A stretch of 64,000 bases of DNA, from contig CAWHEU010000020.1 in NCBI GenBank assembly GCA_963828465.1, positions 160,001 through 224,000 on the forward strand, given 5' to 3'. Origin of the DNA: an uncultured Acidobacteriota bacterium. Lineage in GTDB: Bacteria > Actinomycetota > Acidimicrobiia > Spongiisociales > ZC4RG35. The position numbers were made by a program, and so were the translations under genes. The notes beneath the pieces are model-generated. The model saw only the letters and a program-made list of their open reading frames with translations, searched no databases and had not been told where the DNA came from. Of the stretch, positions 47,539-55,081 are shown piece by piece; positions within the stretch are counted from its first letter, which is position 1; each line of letters starts with the position of its first letter.

Positions 47539-48462
47539 TCACGACTCCAGCGCGGCGGCGATCAGCGCCGTATGTCGCAGGCGGGCCTCGTCAACACTGA
47601 TCTCGACCCCCATCGACTGCCAAGCGGGCACCCAAATTTCGATATCGGGCATCGGGCGACAGAGGGCCAACAGTTCCCAATAGTGCAGATCCTCGAGGGT
47701 TCGGCCGGAATGTTGCCGGTAAACCTCGACGAAAACCTCGGCCGCCCCGGTCAGACCCAGCAGCTTCATATCGAGGGCGCAGTAGGCGACATCCAGTGCG
47801 GGGTCGGCGATGGCGCCGCCCTCCCAATCGATCACCGCGGCCAGCTTCTGCTCGGTCCAGAGGGTGTTGCCCGGCCAGAAGTCATGGTGAACGTAGACCG
47901 GAGCCTCGGGCTTCAGGGAGGCGAGGATCTCCTCACGTTTTGCCCAAAGCTCCATGCCGAGCGGGTGCCGGCGCAACGCGGCCAGGGTGTCCGCATCGGA
48001 TTGGTGACCGTCCGTGTGGGCCAGCACCGGGAAGAGGTCCCGATCCGCGGACGCAGGCTGGATCCGATGGATCTCGATGAGCGCGTCTGCCAGTTGAGAG
48101 GCCCAATCGTTCGGATCGGTCGGATCCAGAAGCACGGCTCCTTCGACGTAGGAGATGACGATGGCGCGTTCCGGGAAAAGCCCCGACCTATCGATCCATA
48201 TTGGAGATGGAGCACTAATGCTGCGGTCAACCGCCAAGGTGAGGGCACGGAATTCGCTTTCCGCAGGACTGGTCTCTCCAGATTCGGGAAGCCAATAGCG
48301 CTTCAGCACTACTGGCTCGCCGGGCTCGTTCCCGACGATGAGCACGTCGACTGTCCCACCGAGACCGCCGACGATTCGGCGGTCGAAGCGTGTGGGTCGC
48401 CCGAGCTCTCGCCCGAGGGCGTCCAGCTGCTCGAGGGTGGGCATAGGCGCGTAGTGATCCAT
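47539..48462 (-). CDS. Aminoglycoside phosphotransferase-like (APH family) kinase
   Basis: VVLKRY, HHDFWPGN, VIDWE, DPALDVAY. Confidence 0.85.
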   Translation of the reverse strand: MDHYAPMPTLEQLDALGRELGRPTRFDRRIVGGLGGTVDVLIVGNEPGEPVVLKRYWLPESGETSPAESEFRALTLAVDRSISAPSPIWIDRSGLFPERAIVISYVEGAVLLDPTDPNDWASQLADALIEIHRIQPASADRDLFPVLAHTDGHQSDADTLAALRRHPLGMELWAKREEILASLKPEAPVYVHHDFWPGNTLWTEQKLAAVIDWEGGAIADPALDVAYCALDMKLLGLTGAAEVFVEVYRQHSGRTLEDLHYWELLALCRPMPDIEIWVPAWQSMGVEISVDEARLRHTALIAAALES

Positions 48463-48498
48463 GCCGGTCAGGGTGTTCCCAGGCCTTTCGACCACGTC

Positions 48499-48527
48499 TT
48501 GACTATCCCGGCACCCGTTCCCATACT
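48499..48527 (+). promoter_or_regulatory. Sigma70-type promoter of the cimA leader
   Basis: TTGACT-N17-CATACT. Confidence 0.75.
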
Positions 48528-48537
48528 GAGCGACAGT

Positions 48538-48582
48538 ATGAGAGGAATGACCGAGCCGCGCACGCCCATCATCATTCCCTAG
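48538..48582 (+). CDS. Leader peptide MRGMTEPRTPIIIP
   Basis: Three tandem Ile codons near the stop; followed by attenuator hairpins. Confidence 0.7.
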   Translation: MRGMTEPRTPIIIP

Positions 48583-48616
48583 GGGCCCGCGCCGACTAGG
48601 CGCCCGCCCCTGCACC

Positions 48617-48646
48617 GGACCTCCGCAAGCCGCGGGGGTCCTTTCT
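48617..48646 (+). terminator. Attenuator terminator
   Basis: GGACCTCCGC-aagcc-GCGGGGGTCC-TTTCT. Confidence 0.7.
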
Positions 48647-48661
48647 ATTGGCAGGACGACC

Positions 48662-50236
48662 ATGAACAAGACAGCCGAGATCTACGACACAACGCTGCGG
48701 GACGGAACCCAGGCCGAGGGCCTCTCACCGACGGTGGGAGAGAAGCTGCGCGTCGTGCGGCTGCTCGACGAGCTTGGCGTCCATTTCATCGAAGGGGGAT
48801 GGCCAGGGGCGAATCCCAAGGACGACGAGTTCTTTGCGCGGGCCACCAAGGAGCTCGACCTGGAGCGAGCCCAGCTGGTCGCCTTCGGTTCCACACGGCG
48901 GCCACGTGGCCTGGTGGAGCGCGATCCCCAGCTCCAGGCGCTGCTCGATGCCGACACCGATTTCATCTGCATCGTCGGCAAGTCATGGGACCGCCACGTG
49001 ACCGATGCCCTCAATACCTCCCTGGAGGAGGGTCTGGACATGGTGGGGGAATCGATCGCCTTCCTTCGGGAACGAGGGAAACGGGTTTTCTTCGACGCCG
49101 AGCACTTCTTCGACGGCTTCCGCAACAACCCGGCGTACGCCCTTTCGGTGGTGGAGACGGCTGCGGGCGCGGGCGCCGAGCGGGTAGTTCTCTGCGACAC
49201 CAACGGTGGGGCCCTTCCCTCCGACATCGCCCCAGCGGTCGAGGCGGTCTCTGGGCAGGTCGAGACCGTTCTGGGAGTTCATTTCCACAACGACTCCGAC
49301 TGCGCAGTGGCCAACTCGCTCACGGCCCTCTCTCTCGGTGTGCATCAGGTGCAGGGCTGCATCAATGGATACGGCGAGCGCACCGGCAATGCCGATCTCT
49401 GCTCCGTGATCCCAAATCTCAGCCTGAAGTCAGGTGTGGAGACGATCCCTGCTGACTCACTGGCTCGCCTCTACCCGATCGCCCAGCAGATCGCCGACAT
49501 CCTCGGCTCCCCCATTGACTCCAAGCGGCCATACGTCGGGACCTCGGCCTTCGCCCACAAGGGGGGGCTGCACACTTCGGGTCTGGCTCGTCTCGAGGGT
49601 GCCTACGAGCATGTCAACCCCAGTGCCGTGGGCAACTCTGCTCGGATGCTTTTCAGTGAGCTGATGGGTCGAGCAACGGTGCTCACTGTCGCCCGGGAGA
49701 AGGGATGGGACCTCGATCCGGACCGCGCCCAGCAGCTGGTTGAGCAGGTAAAGCGGCTCGAGCATGCCGGATACCAGTTCGAGGCGGCCGATGGCTCATT
49801 CGAGATGCTGGTGCGGCGGGCCACCGAGGGATACGAGGAGTTGTTCGAACTTGATGCGCTCTCCGTCAGCATCCAGGCCAATGGCGAGGTGACAGCCCGA
49901 GCCAACCTGACGCTGACGGTGAACGGCGAGACCGTGGAGGTATCGGCCGAGGGTGATGGACCGGTCAACGCGATGGACCAGGCTCTGCGCAGCGCACTGG
50001 TCGACACCCATCCCGAGGTGAAGCGGCTCCGGCTGACCGACTACAAGGTTCGCGACCTCGACTCTTCCGACGGAACCGCCGCACGGGTGCGGGTCTTGAT
50101 CGAGACCACGAATGGAGAGTCGAGTTGGGGCACTGTCGGCGTCCATCAGAACATCATCGAGGCCTCATGGCAGGCCCTCAGCGAAGGAATCCTCATCGGG
50201 CTGTTGCGACACGGGATCGAGCCCGAGCTGGGCTAG
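48662..50236 (+). CDS. cimA: Citramalate synthase
   Basis: YDTTLRDGTQAEG, GGWPGANPKD, FFDAEHFFDG, FAHKGGLH, FEAADGSFE, WGTVGV. Confidence 0.92.
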   Translation: MNKTAEIYDTTLRDGTQAEGLSPTVGEKLRVVRLLDELGVHFIEGGWPGANPKDDEFFARATKELDLERAQLVAFGSTRRPRGLVERDPQLQALLDADTDFICIVGKSWDRHVTDALNTSLEEGLDMVGESIAFLRERGKRVFFDAEHFFDGFRNNPAYALSVVETAAGAGAERVVLCDTNGGALPSDIAPAVEAVSGQVETVLGVHFHNDSDCAVANSLTALSLGVHQVQGCINGYGERTGNADLCSVIPNLSLKSGVETIPADSLARLYPIAQQIADILGSPIDSKRPYVGTSAFAHKGGLHTSGLARLEGAYEHVNPSAVGNSARMLFSELMGRATVLTVAREKGWDLDPDRAQQLVEQVKRLEHAGYQFEAADGSFEMLVRRATEGYEELFELDALSVSIQANGEVTARANLTLTVNGETVEVSAEGDGPVNAMDQALRSALVDTHPEVKRLRLTDYKVRDLDSSDGTAARVRVLIETTNGESSWGTVGVHQNIIEASWQALSEGILIGLLRHGIEPELG

Positions 50237-50598
50237 GCCACATCGACCACGGTCACCATGCCTCTCATCCCCGAGTGCAGCGTGCACACATACGGATAGT
50301 CGCCGGCGTCCTCGAAGGCGTGGGAGAAGGTGCCCTCGGCCTGGACCTCACTCTTGAATCCATCGCCGGAGACGTCGTGTGACAGGCCGCCGTCCTCCCA
50401 TACCCAGGTGACGGTGTCGCCTTCCTCGATCGTCACGTGATCGGGATTGAATCTTTGGTCCTGAATACTGATGGTGGGGCTGGCGCCAACCGGTGGCGGG
50501 GCAGATGGCATGTTCGCGACACAGGCCGCGAGAGAGACCGCCAGAGCGAGCACGGCCACCGAAGCCACTGCTTTGTTCCGTCTCATGGTTTGTTCCAT
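50233..50598 (-). CDS. Cupredoxin (plastocyanin/azurin-like) lipoprotein
   Basis: LAAC lipobox; HDV...YVCTLHSGM type-1 Cu ligands. Confidence 0.9.
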   Translation of the reverse strand: MEQTMRRNKAVASVAVLALAVSLAACVANMPSAPPPVGASPTISIQDQRFNPDHVTIEEGDTVTWVWEDGGLSHDVSGDGFKSEVQAEGTFSHAFEDAGDYPYVCTLHSGMRGMVTVVDVA

Positions 50599-50634
50599 GA
50601 GGCAAATTCGAACGCTTCATGGCCGGTTCATCAA

Positions 50635-50683
50635 TCGGGGACGACCCTGGCTTCACCCCCAAGCGTGTCGGGGATGACCCTGA
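50635..50683. promoter_or_regulatory. Two copies of a 16-bp imperfect palindrome
   Basis: TCGGGGACGACCCTGG (50635) and TCGGGGATGACCCTGA (50668), 33 bp apart. Confidence 0.6.
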
Positions 50684-50714
50684 TCCCGACCTCCGATGGA
50701 AATCTGTGACCTGG

Positions 50715-51125
50715 TCAGCCGTCGCTCAGGAGAAACTCCACGAGTGCGTCCAACTCCTCGGTGTCGACCGGCAAGACCGGCATCTGTCCGCCATAGCCGC
50801 TGACGAGGTAAGCCTGAGGATCCAGCACCGACTGTCTCACGTACTCCTCGGCGGTCAGCCCTTCAACGCGATCACCGGCTCGATGGGCCAGGTCTGTGAG
50901 GTCGGGACCGATGAAACCCTCGGAAACACCCGCACGGGTGTGACAGCCCGTGCAGCCCTTGGTGAGGAACACGGTTTGTCCCTCGACTGACCCCGGTGCC
51001 GACCCGTCCGCTGCGGACGCCGCCTGTTGCGTACCCGGGTCGATGGCGTAGACCGCCACCGTGGCCCCGACCAGCAGGACCACGATGGCGGCGGTTACGA
51101 GCAGACCGAGGCGACTAGACCGCAT
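50715..51125 (-). CDS. Membrane-anchored monoheme cytochrome c
   Basis: CTGCH, GPDL, YVRQSVLDP, MP. Confidence 0.9.
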   Translation of the reverse strand: MRSSRLGLLVTAAIVVLLVGATVAVYAIDPGTQQAASAADGSAPGSVEGQTVFLTKGCTGCHTRAGVSEGFIGPDLTDLAHRAGDRVEGLTAEEYVRQSVLDPQAYLVSGYGGQMPVLPVDTEELDALVEFLLSDG

Positions 51126-51627
51126 CGGTTGCGGTCGAAGGATGCCTCTCGGTCCGGGGCCTGTTCCTGATCTGGTCGACCAGCAGCACCAGTGCCAGCA
51201 AGGCGGCGATTGGCAGCGCGATCCGGAGCGTGTTGATCAGCCCGGTGGGGACAGGGGCCGGGGCAGAGAGGACCGGCAGCGTGCCCAGTGCCTGCACGAT
51301 CTGATCTCCTGAGAGGACTTCCCAGCGCCACTCACCCGCCTCGGGGAGGGTTACTTCGGCCGTCCACCGGCCACTGCCCGATGGCGCCGCCGGGAATGTC
51401 AGATCCTCACCATTCGGTCCCTGAAAGTGGAGGGAAGAATCGCTGAGCGGCATCGGCTCTTTGCCATGGGCCAGAATCGTGTAGTCGAGGGTGTAGGGGG
51501 TGCCGGCATCGAAGTCGGATGGGAGCTCTGCAAATGTGACTACCGCTACCGACCCGGCCAGAGCGGCCGGGGCCAGCGAGAGAAGGAGCAGAGTGGTGGG
51601 TAGGAGTACCCGGGTCAGGCGCTTCAT
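51115..51627 (-). CDS. Secreted Ig-like (FixH/YtkA-like) protein with a C-terminal TM helix
   Basis: Signal peptide; GRWTAEVTLPEAGEWRW; AGGAG SD. Confidence 0.7.
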   Translation of the reverse strand: MKRLTRVLLPTTLLLLSLAPAALAGSVAVVTFAELPSDFDAGTPYTLDYTILAHGKEPMPLSDSSLHFQGPNGEDLTFPAAPSGSGRWTAEVTLPEAGEWRWEVLSGDQIVQALGTLPVLSAPAPVPTGLINTLRIALPIAALLALVLLVDQIRNRPRTERHPSTATDAV

Positions 51628-51658
51628 GTGATCTCCTCGGATCGTCGTCATCAGTCCA

Positions 51659-51722
51659 TACACCGAAGCCCTGCCCCGGGTTCCACGAAAATCGAGGGAA
51701 CCAATCGGGCACGGTCGGTGTA
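51659..51722. promoter_or_regulatory. Back-to-back ECF promoters
   Basis: GGAACC-N14-GGTGTA on both strands (minus 51684-51659; plus 51697-51722). Confidence 0.75.
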
Positions 51723-51741
51723 GGCAATAAGCGGAACGTCG

Positions 51742-52317
51742 GTGGAGGGCCGCCCACTGAACGAGCAAGACCTGATCCAGAATGCAAAGAGTGGCGATGT
51801 CGCTGCCTTCGAGGCATTGGTGCAGACCCATCGGCACATTGCCCTTCGGGTGGCATTTCTCGTCGTTGGTGACCGGACCGAGGCCGAAGACGTGACCCAA
51901 GAGGCATTCGTCAAGGCATATCACGCGATGTCTCGATTCCGGGTCGACTCTTCGTTCCGACCCTGGCTGCTTCGCATCGTCCGCAACGAGGCTCTGAATC
52001 AGCGACGCCGCCGCGGACGTCAGGAACGGCTCAGCCTGCGCCTGGCCAACGACCCCGTCTCGGGAGGTGCGGCCCCATCTCCCGAGACGACGGTCATCAC
52101 CGGGGTCGAGAGGCGGACGATCCTGGACGCGGTCAACGGGCTGCCCGATCGATACCGGGAGGTGGTGACGCATCGGTATCTGCTCGGCCTATCCGAAGCC
52201 GAGACCGCCGCAACGCTCCGAATCCCGGTGGGAACGGTCAAATCACGAACGGCCCGCGCCCTCGGGCGTCTCGAACATTCCCTGTCGAGTCTCAGCGGAG
52301 GAGGCCGCGATGAGTAG
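51742..52317 (+). CDS. ECF sigma factor
   Basis: AEDVTQEAF, FRPWLLRIVRN, GTVKSRTARA. Confidence 0.92.
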   Translation: MEGRPLNEQDLIQNAKSGDVAAFEALVQTHRHIALRVAFLVVGDRTEAEDVTQEAFVKAYHAMSRFRVDSSFRPWLLRIVRNEALNQRRRRGRQERLSLRLANDPVSGGAAPSPETTVITGVERRTILDAVNGLPDRYREVVTHRYLLGLSEAETAATLRIPVGTVKSRTARALGRLEHSLSSLSGGGRDE

Positions 52318-53071
52318 GCCTATCGAGCAGGCCCTCGTGGAGCTGGCCCACCACATCGACTGGCCGGAGCCGTCGGATCAGGCGATGGGACTCCGTGGGC
52401 GTCTGGAAGGGAGTCCACGGAGCCGCACCCGACATCGCTGGATACCGGTGACGGCCCTCATTCTCATCCTCGTGGCCTCATTGCTTCTCTTCTCGCCGAC
52501 GGCCCGGGAAGCCGTGGCCGATCTGCTCGGTGTCGCCGGTATCGAGATTCGATTCGACCCCGATCCGGCTGAAGTCGTGGGTGGTGAGCTCGACCTCGGC
52601 GAGGCCGTCACCCTCGAGGAGGCGGCGGAGGCGGTGGACTTCGAATTGTCGGTGCCAGGGAATCTGGGACCACAGGACGGCGTCTTCCTGTCTGACCGGC
52701 CATCGTCCGGCAGGGTCACGATGGTGTGGGAGAGCGATGAGGCACTTCCTGCATCAGGCGACACCGGGATCGGAGTGGTCTACAGCCAATTCGCACTCGA
52801 GCTGGCCGAGGAAGCGGACTTCGTGAAGAGCGTCATGCCGGATACATCGGTTCGGGCCGTGGAGGTCGACACCGCAATCGGGCTCTGGATCGAAGGGGCG
52901 CCCCATCTGATCTCATACGAGGACGCCGCCGGCAATCGGGTCGAGGAAGAGACGAGGCTGGCCGGCAACGTGCTGATGTGGGAGAGCGACGGTGTCACCC
53001 ATCGCCTCGAGACGACGGTGGGCCTGGGTCCAACGCTGGCGCTGGCAGGCTCACTGCAACCGGTGGACTGA
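52310..53071 (+). CDS. Putative anti-sigma membrane protein
   Basis: Overlaps the sigma gene; one TM helix; extracellular domain ending LMWESDGVTHRLE. Confidence 0.75.
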   Translation: MSRPIEQALVELAHHIDWPEPSDQAMGLRGRLEGSPRSRTRHRWIPVTALILILVASLLLFSPTAREAVADLLGVAGIEIRFDPDPAEVVGGELDLGEAVTLEEAAEAVDFELSVPGNLGPQDGVFLSDRPSSGRVTMVWESDEALPASGDTGIGVVYSQFALELAEEADFVKSVMPDTSVRAVEVDTAIGLWIEGAPHLISYEDAAGNRVEEETRLAGNVLMWESDGVTHRLETTVGLGPTLALAGSLQPVD

Positions 53072-53155
53072 GGTGAGACCGGCCGGCCCGGTTTGAATAG
53101 GGAACCGATCGGTGCGACCATGTGTCGTCTCCCCACTCGGAACAGAGGTTTTTGC

Positions 53156-53245
53156 ATGGGATCGTTGGTCAAGAAGCGTCGCAAGAAGATGTCGAAGCAC
53201 AAATACCGCAAGCGTCTGAAGGCGAATCGCCACAAGCGGAAGTGA
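53156..53245 (+). CDS. bS22 / AURKAIP1-COX24 (DUF1713) small basic protein
   Basis: MGSLVKKRRKKMSKHKYRKRLKANRHKRK; GAGGT SD; absent from the ORF track. Confidence 0.88.
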   Translation: MGSLVKKRRKKMSKHKYRKRLKANRHKRK

Positions 53246-53251
53246 CTTCGT

Positions 53252-53285
53252 GAAAGGGCCGGCGCGAGCCGGTCCTTTCGCTTTT
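53252..53285 (+). terminator. Intrinsic terminator
   Basis: GAAAGGGCCGGC-gcga-GCCGGTCCTTTC-gctttt. Confidence 0.8.
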
Positions 53286-53328
53286 CTCCCCCCGAAGGGG
53301 GGAGTACCGCCGGAGGCGGGGAGGGGGG
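53286..53328. repeat. REP-like double hairpin
   Basis: CTCCCCCC-gaa-GGGGGGAG-ta-CCGCC-gga-GGCGG-ggagggggg; only one copy seen in the window. Confidence 0.45.
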
Positions 53329-53334
53329 ACCGCC

Positions 53335-54156
53335 CTATTGGCCCTTCAGGTACTTCTCGATCTCTTCGACGAGACGGTCGCCGCGGTCGTCGTCGGCTTC
53401 CTGTTCCAGCCGCTCTACGTATTCCTCGAGCTCGGCGTTTCCCTCGATGGCGGCGTCCACCGTCGACAGGAACTGACGTGAGGCCGAGGCGAGGTCACCG
53501 ATGTCGAGCGTGACACCGCACAACTCCGAGGCCTTGATCGCCAGTGCTTCAGTTGCCGGCGGATACTCCTGATTGGAGAGGTAGTGAGGGACAGCCGCCC
53601 ACACCGAGATCACATCGATTCCGACATTGCCCAGGGAGTGATTGAGCACTCCGAGGATTCCCGTCGGCCCTTCGTATCCCGACGGGAGCAACCCGTGAAT
53701 CGCCAGGTCGTCGGGCCGGTTCGCCGATCCCACCAACGGGACGGGGAGTGTGTGTGCCACCTGACCGATGAAGGCGCCCATGGTCACGGCCCGGCGAACC
53801 CCCATCACCTTCATCACTTCGACCACATCGTTGGTGAACGACTTCCACCGGTAGTGCGGCTCCTCGCCGAGGAGGATCACCATCTCCCGCTCCATGCCCC
53901 TGGCGACGTACAACTCGTTGCGCGGCCAGGAGATCGAACGGATCCCCGTGGCGTCGAGCTCGACTATTGGTCTCCGCACCTGGAAGTCGAAATGATCGTC
54001 AGGGTCGATGATGGCGAACAGCTCGGCATCGAGCTTGTCGAGAAACTCGGAAACTGCCTGACTCGCCGACTCGCCGGCGTCACCCCAGCCTTCGAAGGCG
54101 ACTAGGGCGACCGGGTCCTGGAGGACCGGACGGTCGAGCCATTGCAACGAGCCCAT
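53335..54156 (-). CDS. PAC2 family protein
   Basis: AFEGWGDAG, FDFQVRRP, EPHYRW, YEGPTGI, WAAVPHY. Confidence 0.92.
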   Translation of the reverse strand: MGSLQWLDRPVLQDPVALVAFEGWGDAGESASQAVSEFLDKLDAELFAIIDPDDHFDFQVRRPIVELDATGIRSISWPRNELYVARGMEREMVILLGEEPHYRWKSFTNDVVEVMKVMGVRRAVTMGAFIGQVAHTLPVPLVGSANRPDDLAIHGLLPSGYEGPTGILGVLNHSLGNVGIDVISVWAAVPHYLSNQEYPPATEALAIKASELCGVTLDIGDLASASRQFLSTVDAAIEGNAELEEYVERLEQEADDDRGDRLVEEIEKYLKGQ

Positions 54157-54267
54157 CGCTCCAACCTACTCCCCGTCCCTGGCTAGGGATTCACTCCGCG
54201 TGGGGGCGAAACCGCCTCAAACGCAGCGCTGAACTGCTGCCTTCACACGGCAAGGGAAGCGCCTCTG

Positions 54268-54477
54268 TCAGCCGAATACGGCGTAGCCCTGCCCCTCGAT
54301 GGCCTTCTTGATCGACCCGAGCTCGACGCGCGTGTCGTCGTACGCGACCCTCACCGTGGCATCTGCGATGCCGACCTCCACCGATTGCACGCCATCGATG
54401 ATCCCGACAGCGCCTTCGATGCTCGTCTTGCACTGATCGCAGTGGATCTCCGGAGCCTGCAGGAGAACCTCGCTCAT
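54268..54477 (-). CDS. CopZ-like heavy-metal chaperone
   Basis: IHCDQC, AIEGQGY. Confidence 0.9.
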   Translation of the reverse strand: MSEVLLQAPEIHCDQCKTSIEGAVGIIDGVQSVEVGIADATVRVAYDDTRVELGSIKKAIEGQGYAVFG

Positions 54478-54519
54478 GACATCGAGGCTACTCGTTGCTT
54501 CCTATCGGTCACCAGACGC

Positions 54520-54552
54520 GCAAAACGCACCGGCATCGCCGATGCGTTTTGC
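54520..54552 (-). terminator. Terminator-like hairpin
   Basis: Minus strand GCAAAACGCATCGGC-gat-GCCGGTGCGTTTTGC. Confidence 0.7.
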
Positions 54553-54604
54553 ATTTTCTGACTCGGAACGGGGAGGGGGAGAGGACCTGTCCCGGTCAGA
54601 GTCC

Positions 54605-54802
54605 TCAGGCGTCTTGTCCGTCCATGATCTTGCCGCGGACCCGGGGGAACCGGACCGGGGCATGAGCATGGCAGTACTCCGCCTTGTTGTATTGGGAAAG
54701 CTTGGTGGTGCAGCCCTTCTTGGCGCAGACGCGGCCTTCGTTGAATCTCTTCGAAGGTCGGGTCATGCCCTTGATGGCGGCCCCTCTAACGATGTCTGTC
54801 AT
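54605..54802 (-). CDS. Basic 65-aa protein with a C-x4-C-x12-C-x2-H putative Zn site
   Basis: AAGGAGG SD; RVCAKKGCTTKLSQYNKAEYCHAH. Confidence 0.75.
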   Translation of the reverse strand: MTDIVRGAAIKGMTRPSKRFNEGRVCAKKGCTTKLSQYNKAEYCHAHAPVRFPRVRGKIMDGQDA

Positions 54803-55081
54803 TTCAGTGGCCCTCCTTGACCTGGGCCGGTGATTAGTTCAAGTCTCTTGTGATCTCATTGTTTGCCGGTACGAGGATCCCGGAGGATTCTCGTGCGCAC
54901 CGTCACTGTGCGAGCCAGCCCTTAAAGCGGCGGTAAACAACCGCTCCCGGGATTGAGACGTCGGGAAGCCCGAATCGGTTCCCTGGATAGCCCAGTCTAT
55001 CTCCGGGTCACCGACCATCGCCAGACCAGCCTGCGGCGATGTACTCATGGTCATCGGCAGGGCGGGTCGGCGACCTGAGCA

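Noticed and set aside
47539-48462. Aminoglycoside resistance gene
   Set aside because: Only generic APH-family motifs; nothing supports antibiotic specificity
54803-54990. c-di-AMP, c-di-GMP or raiA-type RNA
   Set aside because: The conserved core sequences of these families, as I recall them, are not present; kept as an unknown structured leader
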